A stretch of DNA of 43,643 bases, taken from NCBI GenBank assembly GCA_002269645.1, contig NIVC01000308.1, forward strand, positions 1-43,643, given 5' to 3'. This document shows, one piece after another, positions 1-12,854 of the stretch; the first letter of the stretch is position 1, and the number at the start of each line of letters is the position of its first letter. Source of the stretch: Macrostomum lignano (taxonomy: Eukaryota). The position numbers were made by a program, and so were the translations under genes. Below the pieces are notes generated by a model. The model was not told the DNA's origin, searched no databases, and saw nothing but the letters and a program-made list of their open reading frames with translations.

Positions 1-122
1 ATAGGGAAACACTGTTTCTGAGAGACAACAATGGAACAATAGAAAATTAAAAAAAACCCTACAGAAAAAGCATTTGCTCCATATCTTGCCTAAGATATCA
101 GAAAGATCTCTACATTCAACTT

Positions 123-1032
123 CATCTCAGCAATTCCCCCATAAGTCTTGTCATCTCAGCAATTCCCCTATGAGCCTTGGAATCTCAACAATTCCCCTAT
201 CAGCCTTGGCATCTCAGCAATTCCCCATGAGCCTTGGCATTTCAACAATTCCCCTATGAGCCTTGGCATCTCAACAATTCCCCTTTGAGCCTTGGCATCT
301 CAACAATTCCCCTATGAGCCTTGGCATCTCAGCAATTCCCCCATGAGCCTTGGCATTTCAACAATTCCCCTATGAGCCTTGGCATCTCAACAATTCCCCT
401 ATGAGCCTTGTCATCTCAGCAATTCCCCCATGAGCCTTGGCATTTCAACAATTCCCCTATGAGCCTTGGCATCTCAACAATTCCCCTTTGAGCCTTGGCA
501 TCTCAACAATTCCCCTTTGAGCCTTGGCATCTCAGCAATTCCCCCATGAGCCTTGGCATCTCAACAATTCCCCTATGAGCCTTGGCATCTCAGCAATTCC
601 CCCATGAGCCTTGGCATTTCAACAATTCCCCTATGAGCCTTGCATCTCAACAATTCCCCTTTGAGCCTTGGCATCTCAACAATTCCCCTTTGAGCCTTGG
701 CATCTCAGCAATTCCCCCATGAGCCTTGGCATCTCAACAATTCCCCTATGAGCCTTGGCATCTCAACAATTCCCCTTTGAGCCTTGGCATCTCAACAATT
801 CCCCTATGAGCCTTGGCATCTCAGCAATTCCCCATGAGCCTTGGCATCTCAACAATTCCCCTTTGAGCCTTGGCATCTCAGCAATTCCCCCATGAGCCTT
901 GGCATCTCAACAATTCCCCTTTGAGCCTTGGCATCTCAGCAACTCCCCTATGAGCCTTGGCATCTCAGCAATTCCCCTATGAGCCTTGGCATCTCAGCAA
1001 CTCCCCCCCCCCTTGAGACTTGGCATCTCAAT
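123..1032. repeat. 29-bp minisatellite (GAGCCTTGGCATCTCA(A/G)CAATTCCCC(T/C)AT), family A
   Basis: About 30 tandem copies with period 29 (e.g. GAG at 258 and 287). Probably intronic to the SLC6 gene. Confidence 0.95.
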
Positions 1033-1317
1033 TGAGAGGTGTCTTATTCTGTTTTACTAAATCAATCAATATGCTGACTAAATTGATAAATTAGCGCAAT
1101 TTAAGACTCAAGTGAATTAATCTATTGTTCTTAACGGAGTTTATTTTACTAGTCCACTAGTTTAGTTGTTAAGTATGTTGTGAATAGCGTAGAAAATAAA
1201 ATAAAAATGAGATTGTACGGTATTGCGTTCTAATTATGTGCTAAAACGTGTGAATGAATTCCTAATTTAATATCTTATTTGATACTGAGATCTTGTACCC
1301 GTATTTTCCCTGTGCAG

Positions 1318-1350
1318 AGTAAACACAGCACCTTAGCAGGTGCAAAGCAG
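1318..1350 (+). CDS. Possible micro-exon of the SLC6 gene (SKHSTLAGAKQ)
   Basis: Acceptor TTTTCCCTGTGCAG and donor CAG|GTGACT enclose 33 stop-free nt, phase 0/0, compatible with a phase-0 acceptor at 2294. No family motif supports it. Confidence 0.3.
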
Positions 1351-1544
1351 GTGACTCCAAAATCAGAATTCCGATAATGAATTAAAAAATATTCATAAAG
1401 CTGGGAGCAAATATGATCAACTTTTCTATTGAATATTCATCCAAAGATAGGAGATCTGTTAATGTTTGATGTGGGGGTAAACAATTTTCTTAGTGCAATT
1501 TTTACATTTCGCTCAAGTTTAGAGTAAAAACATAAAATGCGGTT

Positions 1545-2254
1545 GCTGGGCCAGCCTCCAAGAGTGTCAGTTGCTGGGCCAGCCTCCAAGAGTGTCAGTT
1601 GCTGGGCCAGCCTCCAAGAGTGTCAGTTGCTGGGCCAGCCTCCAAGAGTGTCAGTTGCTATGCCAGCCTCCCAGATCCTCAATTGCTGGGCCAGCCTCCC
1701 AGATCCCCAGTTGCTGGGCCAGCCTCCCAGATCCTCAGTTGCTGGGCCAGCCTCCCAGAGTTTCAGTTGCTGGGCCAGCCTCCCAGATCCTCAGTTGCTG
1801 GGCCAGCCTCCCAGATCCTCAGGCAGCAAGCCAGCCTCCCAGATCCTCAGGCAGCAAGCCAGCCTCCCAGATCCTCAGTTGCTGGGCCAGCCTCCCAGAG
1901 TGTCAGTTGCTGGGCCAGCCTCCCAGAGTGTCAGTTGCTGGGCCAGCCTCCCAGATCCTCAGTTGCTGGGCCAGCCTCCCAGAGTGTCAGTTGCTGGGCC
2001 AGCCTCCCAGATCCTCAGTTGCTGGGCCAGCCTCCCAGATCCTCAGTTGCTGGGCCAGCCTCCCAGAGTGTCAGTTGCTGGGCCAGCCTCCCAGATCCTC
2101 AGTTGCTGGGCCAGCCTCCCAGATCCTCAGTTGCTAGGACAGCCTCCCAGATCCTCAGTTGCTGGGCCAGCCTCTCAGATCCTCAGTTGCTGGGACAGCC
2201 TCCCAGATCCTCAGTTGCTAGGACAGCCTCCCAGATCCTCAGTTGCTAGGACAG
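1545..2254. repeat. 28-bp minisatellite (GCTGGGCCAGCCTCCCAGA(TCC/GTG)TCAGTT)
   Basis: About 25 copies, period 28 (GCTGGG at 1545/1573 and 1741/1769). Explains ORFs 1537-2271, 1571-2137 and 1599-2249. Confidence 0.95.
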
Positions 2255-2293
2255 GCACCCATTCAATCTGAACAACTGCCTACAGAATCGCAG

Positions 2294-2388
2294 GCCAACT
2301 CTGAAGCCAACCCTCAATTCAAACCATTTGCAGTCAACAGCACCGACCCGGAAACGAAGTGCAAGACACCCTCTGAAGAATTTTACGA
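2294..2388 (+). CDS. SLC6 transporter exon, end of extracellular loop 2 (..FAVNSTDPETKCKTPSEEFY-E)
   Basis: TPSEEFY is the conserved SLC6 EL2 motif; NST sequon; donor GA|GTGAGT at 2389. Phase 2 joins 2752 to give EEFYENHVLQLTSGI. The 5' boundary is uncertain (2255, 2286 or 2294). Confidence 0.75.
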
Positions 2389-2751
2389 GTGAGTAATTAA
2401 TTGTACTTAAAAAAGCCAAACACAGACACCAATTACAGGGACAACTGGAACTAAAAACTAAAAACTAAACTAAATTTCTAGTACTTTCATCTATTAGAAA
2501 ACCTCCATGCAGACAGGCTTGGTTCGTAAGAAACCACCACTTTAGTACTCGTAAAACAGACGTAAAATTCAAAGATCAGGCAATTTTTTTGGAGGCCACA
2601 ATTTCCTCGGAGAACAAATACACTGCGGAGATAGGAAAAATCAGTTTTTTTCATCCCAAAATCAGTGATTGCATTTGAGCTGGGCACTGCCATTCCTTTA
2701 ATTTAGCGGATCATGCCAATCTCTTAGCAATCCCTCTGCCCATGCCAACAG

Positions 2752-3361
2752 AAATCACGTACTGCAACTCACCAGCGGTATTGAGCACTTCGGCAGCGTG
2801 AACTGGTTTGTCCTGCTGGCTCTATTCATAGCCTGGGTCATTGTGGCTCTGGTGCTACTCAAAGGTGTCCAGTCTCTGGGCAAGGTGTCCTATTTTACCG
2901 CAATATTCCCTTATCTGATGCTGACAATTCTGCTGATCAGAGGGGCCACACTGCCCGGAGCGGCGGAAGGTGTGAAATTCTACCTGACACCCGTGTGGAG
3001 CCGTCTGGCCGATTACAAAGTCTGGATGGAGGCGGCCACACAGATCTTCTTCAGCTTGTCCTGCTGCAACGGCGGCCTCATAGCCATGAGTTCGTATAAT
3101 AAATTTCGCAACAACTGTCAGAGAGATGCTGTGATGGTGGCTTTGATCAACTGCGGCACTTCTGTGTTTGCCGGCTTAGTGATCTTCTGCAACCTGGGCT
3201 TCATGTCGCATCAGAAGAATGTGCCGGTTGGCGAGGTGGCTAAGGGCGGCCCGGGTCTGGCCTTTATTGTCTATCCGGAGGCGCTGACCCACATGCCGCT
3301 GTCGCCGCTGTGGTCTGTGCTGTTCTTCATCATGATGGCCACGCTCGGCTTCGGCTCTCAG
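2752..3361 (+). CDS. SLC6 Na+/Cl--dependent amino-acid/neurotransmitter transporter exon (TM4-TM8), glycine/proline/nutrient amino-acid transporter-like
   Basis: Motifs GKVSYFTAIFPY, LIRGATLPGA, AATQIFFSL, SSYNKFRNNC, GPGLAFIVYPEAL, LGFGSQ. Acceptor AACAG ending 2751, donor CAG|GTTCGT at 3362. Confidence 0.95.
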
Positions 3362-3380
3362 GTTCGTGACGGCGGGGAGC

Positions 3381-3845
3381 GAGTGAAGATGATGGGAAGA
3401 GAGAGTGGAGATAATGGGAAGAGAGTGGAGATGTTGAGAAGAGAGTGGAGATGATAGGAAGAGAGAGCGGAGATGATGGGAGGAGAGAGTGGAGATGATG
3501 GGAAGAGAGCGGAGATGATGGGAAGAGAGTGGAGATGATGGGAAGAGAGTGGAGATGATGGGAAGAGAGTGGAGATGATGGGAAGAGAGTGGAGATGATG
3601 GGAGGAGAGAGTGGAGATGATGGGAAGAGAGCGGAGATGATGGGAAGAGAGTGGAGATGATGGGAAGAGAGCGGAGATGATGGGAAGAGAGAGTGGAGAT
3701 GATGGGAAGAGAGTGGAGATGATGGGAAGAGAGTGGAGATGATGGGAAGAGAGTGGAGATGATGGGAAGAGAGTGGAGATGATGGGAAGAGAGTGGAGAT
3801 GATGGGAAGAGAGTGGAGATGATGGGAAGAGAGTGGAGATGATGA
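3381..3845. repeat. 20-bp purine-rich minisatellite (GAGAGTGGAGATGATGGGAA)
   Basis: Exact period 20 at 3721-3840; begins about 20 bp after the SLC6 donor. Confidence 0.95.
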
Positions 3846-4321
3846 AAGCTGAGATGCGATCAAAGCAACACACGAGGAAAGTGAAGGTATCTATCTGTAC
3901 TTAGCACATTCTTCTGCAAGCTCGTTTGGCCAACTATCTGAGACAGAAGACGCGAGCTGCAGTGACGGAATTTTCGCGCACTGCTGTGCACTTCTCTCCC
4001 CTAGCTATCTTTCGGCGCAAATAACAAAGTTATGGCCTTTTTCTACAGCTAAAATGGCTGTCAGAGAGAGTCAGCTGAGGCCTCAGAGGAGGAACTGAAA
4101 AGTGAAAGCAATTTCTACAGCTTCACTCAGTCCAGTCTGAACCAGTTTGCTTTCCTTAAGGGTCTGCAATCGTTTGTTGGGTTATTTAAACTACTTTTGT
4201 TAGTAAGCAGTGAGTAAAATTACGCGAAAATTATTTGTATATTTCGATATAGTCGTTTAATTAAAATAGATGTTCGCTTAATAAAGAAAATTTTGAGTAA
4301 AACACTCCTGGTATTTAGGCT

Positions 4322-4745
4322 GTCGGATTCAGTCACGTGACCTCTGTAGTGTACATTGTTATAGGCTTTTAATACCCCAGAAGCTATTGGTTTCAGTCAC
4401 GTGACTCCTGTAATGTACATTGTTATAGGCTTTTAATACCCCAGAAGCTATTGGTTTCAGTCACGTGACTCCTGTAATGTACATTGTTATAGGCTTTTAA
4501 TACCCCAGAAGCTATCGGCTTCAGTCACGTGACTCCTGTAGTGTACATCATAGGGTTTTATAGCCGAAGGCTGTCGGATTTAGTCATGTGACTCCTGCGC
4601 GCAGTGTACATTAGTATAGGCTTTTATGCCTCAAGAGCTGTTGGTTTCAGTAACGTGACGTGGCTTTATAGCCGGGGTCTTATCAGTCACGTGACCACAG
4701 GTATGCGCCAATTTTTTTTGTGGAGCAAGCCCATCACGTGACTTC
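4322..4745. repeat. Degenerate 64-bp tandem repeat carrying GTCACGTGAC palindromes
   Basis: AGTCACGTGA at 4331, 4395, 4459 and 4523 (period 64); variants at ~4583, 4650, 4686 and 4733. Confidence 0.85.
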
Positions 4746-4804
4746 AAGGCTGTAGGCGACAATGCCGCATAATATAAATAATCAATCCACTCCCTCTACT
4801 GCAG

Positions 4805-5740
4805 TTCTCAATCGCTGAGACAGTGCTCTGCGCTCTGCAAGACGAGCTCAAAGCCAAGGGCCTGATCGGGGCCTCCAAGTCGCATTCTATCCTGCTTCGG
4901 CTCGGAGTCTGCGCCTGCCTATTCGCCCTGGGCATCCCCATGACTTTCGGCGGCGGTATGTACCTGCTGAACCTCATCGACAACGCCGTGTCCACCTTCC
5001 CGCTGTTGGTGTGCGGGCTCTGCGAAATTGTCGTGCTGATGTACATCTATCCGTACAGACAGTTCGCCGAGGACATCAAGCTGATGGTCGGTGGCAAGCC
5101 GAATATCTACTGGCGAGCCAACTGGATGGTTGTCACCCCGCTGGTCATCGTGGTGCTCATCCTGCTCATGATCATATTCTATGAGCCGCTGACCTACGGA
5201 TCGTATGAGTACACCCAGCCGTTCCAGCTGCTCTGCCTGCTAATTGGAGTCTTCGTCATCGTGTGGATACCTGTCTACGCCCTCTACAAGTACTGCGCCG
5301 AGGGCGGCGGAATCCTGCTGAAGGAGTTCCTGAAGCCGGCCGAGGAGTGGGGCCCCGCCCAGCTAGAGGACCGCGGCGAGTTCCTTGACAACCTGGCCAA
5401 GACCACCAACTCCCTTGACGGCACTAACAATTTCTTCCAGTCGAAGTTGAGCATCGCAGCTGAGTTGCAGCGAGCCGCCAGCAAGGAGTCGGGCTTGAAC
5501 CGGATTCGAACTCACACCAACTCGTTCTCCCAGCTGCAGTCCAGCGGGTCCGCCGCTCATCTCACCATCTACGATCAGCACGCGATCGCTGCGGCCGCCA
5601 ACCCGCAGGCTGCTGCTGCCAAGTGTGACAGGTGCGACACCTCCCCGGGGGCCGCCACGCCGGACACTCAGCAGGTGCCATTCGCTTCATTCAGCCTGGG
5701 CCCCCAGCAGGTTAAGGAGGACGTACAGACGGCTGTCTGA
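4805..5740 (+). CDS. SLC6 transporter terminal exon (TM8-TM12 and C-terminal tail)
   Basis: Acceptor CTACTGCAG ending 4804 gives SQ|FSIAETV; motifs GGMYLLNLID, YPYRQFAEDIKLMVGGKP, W..VTP, KPAEEWGP; stop TGA 5738-5740. The C-terminus QTAV fits a class I PDZ-binding motif. Confidence 0.95.
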   Translation, partial: FSIAETVLCALQDELKAKGLIGASKSHSILLRLGVCACLFALGIPMTFGGGMYLLNLIDNAVSTFPLLVCGLCEIVVLMYIYPYRQFAEDIKLMVGGKPNIYWRANWMVVTPLVIVVLILLMIIFYEPLTYGSYEYTQPFQLLCLLIGVFVIVWIPVYALYKYCAEGGGILLKEFLKPAEEWGPAQLEDRGEFLDNLAKTTNSLDGTNNFFQSKLSIAAELQRAASKESGLNRIRTHTNSFSQLQSSGSAAHLTIYDQHAIAAAANPQAAAAKCDRCDTSPGAATPDTQQVPFASFSLGPQQVKEDVQTAV

Positions 5741-5919
5741 CTGCAAACTGCCATGAACACCGAATTGAGAACGTGATTGACCTTAAGGTGAAAATTAACC
5801 ATTTTTAAATGGCCTCATGGTGAGTCAATCAGATGATGGCCTCTTTAAGGGCAACCGGCAAAGCTCTTGTCTACACAGGCGAGGCCCTTGTCTAACACAA
5901 ATGGGAACTGTTAAGATCT

Positions 5920-6240
5920 AGTGCCACCTGTTAGACAGGAATGTCACCTGTTAGACAAGAGTGTCACCTGTTAGACAGGAACGTCACCTGTTAGACAGGA
6001 GTGTCACCTGTTAGACAGGAGTGTCACCTGTTAGACAAGAGTGTCACCTGTTAGACAGGAGTGCTACCTGTTGGACAGGAGTGTCACCTGTTAGACAGAA
6101 ATGTCACCTGTTAGACAGGAGTGTCACCTGTTAGACAGGAGTGTCACCTGTTAGACAGGAGTGTCACCTGTTAGACAGGAGTGTCACCTGTTAGACAGGA
6201 GTGTTACCTGTCAGACAAGATCGAATGTCACCTGTTAAAA
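5920..6240. repeat. 20-bp minisatellite (GTGTCACCTGTTAGACAGGA), family B
   Basis: About 15 copies, period 20. Confidence 0.95.
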
Positions 6241-7267
6241 AGGAGTATCGACTCTGCATTGTGTGGTACATGCATACACACGTACATATTTATAAGCATA
6301 CTTTTGAAAATTTACGACTTCTAAAATCAACAGGCACTTAATTCTGCCTTTGTCGCAGAAAATCATTAGTTAGTCAGTTGCTCTGCTATAGAAATAGAAT
6401 TTCATTGACAAGCCAACTCTACAACTGCTTGATTTTAGCTTTAGTGGAACTTCTAATTCCGCTCATCCGCACGAGATGGTTACAGCCCTCTTCGTTTTTT
6501 TAGGATTTTAAGCAAAGCTCAGCAGCTTACACATAAAAGCTCATTTTTCCCGACCACTAACTACTACTTGCTCTATAGTAGCACCTATCGTATTTCCGCA
6601 TATAGTTAGTTTTATTTGTATCCATTTTTCGATACCTGTATGCTTGCCATTATGTTAATGGTACACCGCGCTTTAACTACTATAATCGGTATAATTTTTA
6701 GTGGTAATGCGTTGCGTTTGAATTTTTGAACATAAAAATATTTGTCGTAAAGAACACTGCGAACTTTGATTTAAATTTGTTTTGTTTTAAATGTATTGCG
6801 CAGTTTACGGTACGGCGCTTATTTGCGTGAAAACAAACTTTTATTTACATGTATCTTCCACCCAGTTTATTGAAACATTTTACTGCTTTTTTTCACGTTT
6901 CTTCTATTACAGTACAAACAAACGCAATAATTGTCTTTATAAACAATATAATTTTATTGTAGCTTATAGCTTTATCTTTACAGTAAGTTAATATCTTTTA
7001 ATAAATAAGTACGGAATTTGGGATACTTGAAAACCTAAAAACTAAAATCTCAGAAGAGTTATGGAATTGTTATAATAAAAATATTAATGACATTAAATCA
7101 TTTACAGAACGGCTAAATTTAATTAAATTAAGTTTAATTAATTTAATGAAGTATATCAATCACTGATATTTTAGTAATTGAGATTTGTTAGAAACGAACG
7201 AATTTTGAAGAAAAATATTCAAAGTATCCTTACACAACCAACTTCAAACACCCACTTCAAACAATCA

Positions 7268-8620
7268 CCTACCGCTACGACCACCCCACTCCCAGCTGCA
7301 ACCACTCCACTCCCAGCTACGACCACTCCACTCCCAGCTACAACCACTCCACTCCCAGCTACAACCACCCCACTCCCAGCTACAACCACCCCACTCCCAG
7401 CTACGACCACCCCACTCCCAGCTACGACCACCCCACTCCCAGCTGCAACCACTCCACTCCCAGCTACGACCACCCCACTCCCAGCTGCAACCACTCCACT
7501 CCCAGCTACAACCACCCCACTCCCAGCTGCAACCACTCCACTCCCAGCTACAACCACCCCACTCCCAGCTACAACCACTCCACTCCCAGCTACGACCACT
7601 CCACTCCCAGCTACGACCACCCCACTCCCAGCTGCAACCACTCCACTCCCAGCTACAACCACCCCACTCCCAGCTACAACCACCCACTCCCAGCTACAAC
7701 CACTCCACTCCCAGCTACGACCACCCCACTCCCAGCTGCAACCACTCCACTCCCAGCTACAACCACCCCACTCCCAGCTACAACCACCCACTCCCAGCTA
7801 CAACCACTCCACTCCCAGCTACGACCACCCCACTCCCAGCTGCAACCACTCCACTCCCAGCTACGACCACCCCACTCCCAGCTGCAACCACTCCACTCCC
7901 AGCTACAACCACTCCACTCCCAGCTACGACCACCCCACTCCCAGCTACGACCACCCCACTCCCAGCTACGACCACCCCACTCCCAGCTGCAACCACTCCA
8001 CTCCCAGCTACGACCACCCCACTCCCAGCTACAACCACTCCACTCCCAGCTACAACCACCCCACTCCCAGCTACGACCACTCCACTCCCAGCTACGACCA
8101 CCCCACTCCCAGCTGCAACCACTCCACTCCCAGCTACGACCACCCCACTCCCAGCTGCAACCACTCCACTCCCAGCTACAACCACCCCACTCCCAGCTGC
8201 AACCACTCCACTCCCAGCTACAACCACCCCACTCCCAGCTACAACCACCCACTCCCAGCTACAACCACTCCACTCCCAGCTACGACCACCCCACTCCCAG
8301 CTGCAACCACTCCACTCCCAGCTACGACCACCCCACTCCCAGCTACAACCACCCCACTCCCAGCTACAACCACCCACTCCCAGCTACAACCACTCCACTC
8401 CCAGCTACGACCACCCCACTCCCAGCTGCAACCACTCCACTCCCAGCTACGACCACCCCACTCCCAGCTGCAACCACTCCACTCCCAGCTACAACCACTC
8501 CACTCCCAGCTACGACCACCCCACTCCCAGCTGCAACCACTCCACTCCCAGCTACAACCACCCCACTCCCAGCTACGACCACCCCACTCCCAGCTGCAAC
8601 CACACTCCCACTCCCCACAG
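7268..8620. repeat. 21-bp minisatellite (CCACTCCCAGCT(A/G)C(A/G)ACCAC(C/T)), copy 1
   Basis: About 64 units, including four 20-bp variants that switch the apparent reading frame. Confidence 0.95.
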
Positions 8621-9440
8621 TTAAAATTCCAGTGTTCTGGTGCAGCATGAATATTTATTATACTTTTAGGTTACGAGCGTAGCAAATAATAAGCAGACAA
8701 ACTTGGTATTTCCTTACAATAAACAAAACATAAAGGCGAACCATCACCCGCAAATATTAAAATATTAAAATAGTAAATAAATACATTGTTATTATACATA
8801 AACATCATCTTGGAGAGTCTTTAACGGGACGCCGTGAAATGCTCCAATTGAAAGCGCATAAAAACTCACCGTTTTAAATAAGACAAATCAGATAAATTGT
8901 TTGCAACAAAAGATTGAGAAATTTATTGCAATTTGGAAGAAAAAATTACATAAAAGTTGCTACTTTTTAATTTACTGTTCTATAAGGCAGTGCTTTGCGG
9001 GACAATGGGGACTTGGTATTTGGCTCATGTAGATTGGGGTAGGCTTGCTTTGTGGCCTATGTACTCGTACATTGACTGGGACACGGGCGGGGAGGTAGGC
9101 TCGGTTTTGGCCTATGTACATTGGGCGGGAGACGGGGTATAGCTTTATCTTTACAGTAAGTTAATATCTTTTAATAAATAAGTACGGAATTTGGGATACT
9201 TGAAAACCTAAAAACTAAAATCTCAGAAGAGTTATGGAATTGTTATAATAAAAATATTAATGACATTAAATCATTTACAGAACGGCTAAATTTAATTAAA
9301 TTAAGTTTAATTAATTTAATGAAGTATATCAATCACTGATATTTTAGTAATTGAGATTTGTTAGAAACGAACGAATTTTGAAGAAAAATATTCAAAGTAT
9401 CCTTACACAACCAACTTCAAACACCCACTTCAAACAATCA

Positions 9441-10793
9441 CCTACCGCTACGACCACCCCACTCCCAGCTGCAACCACTCCACTCCCAGCTACGACCACT
9501 CCACTCCCAGCTACAACCACTCCACTCCCAGCTACAACCACCCCACTCCCAGCTACAACCACCCCACTCCCAGCTACGACCACCCCACTCCCAGCTACGA
9601 CCACCCCACTCCCAGCTGCAACCACTCCACTCCCAGCTACGACCACCCCACTCCCAGCTGCAACCACTCCACTCCCAGCTACAACCACCCCACTCCCAGC
9701 TGCAACCACTCCACTCCCAGCTACAACCACCCCACTCCCAGCTACAACCACTCCACTCCCAGCTACGACCACTCCACTCCCAGCTACGACCACCCCACTC
9801 CCAGCTGCAACCACTCCACTCCCAGCTACAACCACCCCACTCCCAGCTACAACCACCCACTCCCAGCTACAACCACTCCACTCCCAGCTACGACCACCCC
9901 ACTCCCAGCTGCAACCACTCCACTCCCAGCTACAACCACCCCACTCCCAGCTACAACCACCCACTCCCAGCTACAACCACTCCACTCCCAGCTACGACCA
10001 CCCCACTCCCAGCTGCAACCACTCCACTCCCAGCTACGACCACCCCACTCCCAGCTGCAACCACTCCACTCCCAGCTACAACCACTCCACTCCCAGCTAC
10101 GACCACCCCACTCCCAGCTACGACCACCCCACTCCCAGCTACGACCACCCCACTCCCAGCTGCAACCACTCCACTCCCAGCTACGACCACCCCACTCCCA
10201 GCTACAACCACTCCACTCCCAGCTACAACCACCCCACTCCCAGCTACGACCACTCCACTCCCAGCTACGACCACCCCACTCCCAGCTGCAACCACTCCAC
10301 TCCCAGCTACGACCACCCCACTCCCAGCTGCAACCACTCCACTCCCAGCTACAACCACCCCACTCCCAGCTGCAACCACTCCACTCCCAGCTACAACCAC
10401 CCCACTCCCAGCTACAACCACCCACTCCCAGCTACAACCACTCCACTCCCAGCTACGACCACCCCACTCCCAGCTGCAACCACTCCACTCCCAGCTACGA
10501 CCACCCCACTCCCAGCTACAACCACCCCACTCCCAGCTACAACCACCCACTCCCAGCTACAACCACTCCACTCCCAGCTACGACCACCCCACTCCCAGCT
10601 GCAACCACTCCACTCCCAGCTACGACCACCCCACTCCCAGCTGCAACCACTCCACTCCCAGCTACAACCACTCCACTCCCAGCTACGACCACCCCACTCC
10701 CAGCTGCAACCACTCCACTCCCAGCTACAACCACCCCACTCCCAGCTACGACCACCCCACTCCCAGCTGCAACCACACTCCCACTCCCCACAG
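9441..10793. repeat. 21-bp minisatellite, copy 2
   Basis: Same variant order as copy 1. Confidence 0.95.
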
Positions 10794-11613
10794 TTAAAAT
10801 TCCAGTGTTCTGGTGCAGCATGAATATTTATTATACTTTTAGGTTACGAGCGTAGCAAATAATAAGCAGACAAACTTGGTATTTCCTTACAATAAACAAA
10901 ACATAAAGGCGAACCATCACCCGCAAATATTAAAATATTAAAATAGTAAATAAATACATTGTTATTATACATAAACATCATCTTGGAGAGTCTTTAACGG
11001 GACGCCGTGAAATGCTCCAATTGAAAGCGCATAAAAACTCACCGTTTTAAATAAGACAAATCAGATAAATTGTTTGCAACAAAAGATTGAGAAATTTATT
11101 GCAATTTGGAAGAAAAAATTACATAAAAGTTGCTACTTTTTAATTTACTGTTCTATAAGGCAGTGCTTTGCGGGACAATGGGGACTTGGTATTTGGCTCA
11201 TGTAGATTGGGGTAGGCTTGCTTTGTGGCCTATGTACTCGTACATTGACTGGGACACGGGCGGGGAGGTAGGCTCGGTTTTGGCCTATGTACATTGGGCG
11301 GGAGACGGGGTATAGCTTTATCTTTACAGTAAGTTAATATCTTTTAATAAATAAGTACGGAATTTGGGATACTTGAAAACCTAAAAACTAAAATCTCAGA
11401 AGAGTTATGGAATTGTTATAATAAAAATATTAATGACATTAAATCATTTACAGAACGGCTAAATTTAATTAAATTAAGTTTAATTAATTTAATGAAGTAT
11501 ATCAATCACTGATATTTTAGTAATTGAGATTTGTTAGAAACGAACGAATTTTGAAGAAAAATATTCAAAGTATCCTTACACAACCAACTTCAAACACCCA
11601 CTTCAAACAATCA

Positions 11614-12381
11614 CCTACCGCTACGACCACCCCACTCCCAGCTGCAACCACTCCACTCCCAGCTACAACCACTCCACTCCCAGCTACGACCACCCCACTC
11701 CCAGCTGCAACCACTCCACTCCCAGCTACAACCACCCCACTCCCAGCTACAACCACCCCACTCCCAGCTGCAACCACTCCACTCCCAGCTACAACCACCC
11801 CACTCCCAGCTACAACCACCCCACTCCCAGCTACGACCACCCCACTCCCAGCTACGACCACCCCACTCCCAGCTGCAACCACTCCACTCCCAGCTACGAC
11901 CACCCCACTCCCAGCTACAACCACTCCACTCCCAGCTACAACCACCCCACTCCCAGCTACGACCACTCCACTCCCAGCTACGACCACCCCACTCCCAGCT
12001 GCAACCACTCCACTCCCAGCTACGACCACCCCACTCCCAGCTGCAACCACTCCACTCCCAGCTACAACCACCCCACTCCCAGCTGCAACCACTCCACTCC
12101 CAGCTACAACCACCCCACTCCCAGCTACAACCACCCACTCCCAGCTACAACCACTCCACTCCCAGCTACGACCACCCCACTCCCAGCTGCAACCACTCCA
12201 CTCCCAGCTACGACCACCCCACTCCCAGCTGCAACCACTCCACTCCCAGCTACAACCACTCCACTCCCAGCTACGACCACCCCACTCCCAGCTGCAACCA
12301 CTCCACTCCCAGCTACAACCACCCCACTCCCAGCTACGACCACCCCACTCCCAGCTGCAACCACACTCCCACTCCCCACAG
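11614..12381. repeat. 21-bp minisatellite, copy 3 (shorter)
   Basis: Only one 20-bp variant unit; 585 bp shorter than copies 1 and 2. Confidence 0.95.
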
Positions 12382-12854
12382 TTAAAATTCCAGTGTTCTG
12401 GTGCAGCATGAATATTTATTATACTTTTAGGTTACGAGCGTAGCAAATAATAAGCAGACAAACTTGGTATTTCCTTACAATAAACAAAACATAAAGGCGA
12501 ACCATCACCCGCAAATATTAAAATATTAAAATAGTAAATAAATACATTGTTATTATACATAAACATCATCTTGGAGAGTCTTTAACGGGACGCCGTGAAA
12601 TGCTCCAATTGAAAGCGCATAAAAACTCACCGTTTTAAATAAGACAAATCAGATAAATTGTTTGCAACAAAAGATTGAGAAATTTATTGCAATTTGGAAG
12701 AAAAAATTACATAAAAGTTGCTACTTTTTAATTTACTGTTCTATAAGGCAGTGCTTTGCGGGACAATGGGGACTTGGTATTTGGCTCATGTAGATTGGGG
12801 TAGGCTTGCTTTGTGGCCTATGTACTCGTACATTGACTGGGACACGGGCGGGGA

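Noticed and set aside
7178-12411. 490/490/295-aa mucin-like or heptad (ATTTPLP, TPSYNHS) ORFs
   Set aside because: They start at TTG in AT-rich DNA, have no signal peptide or splice context, and drift through all three frames of a stop-free 21-bp unit. The resemblance to mucins or the Pol II CTD heptad is a repeat artefact.
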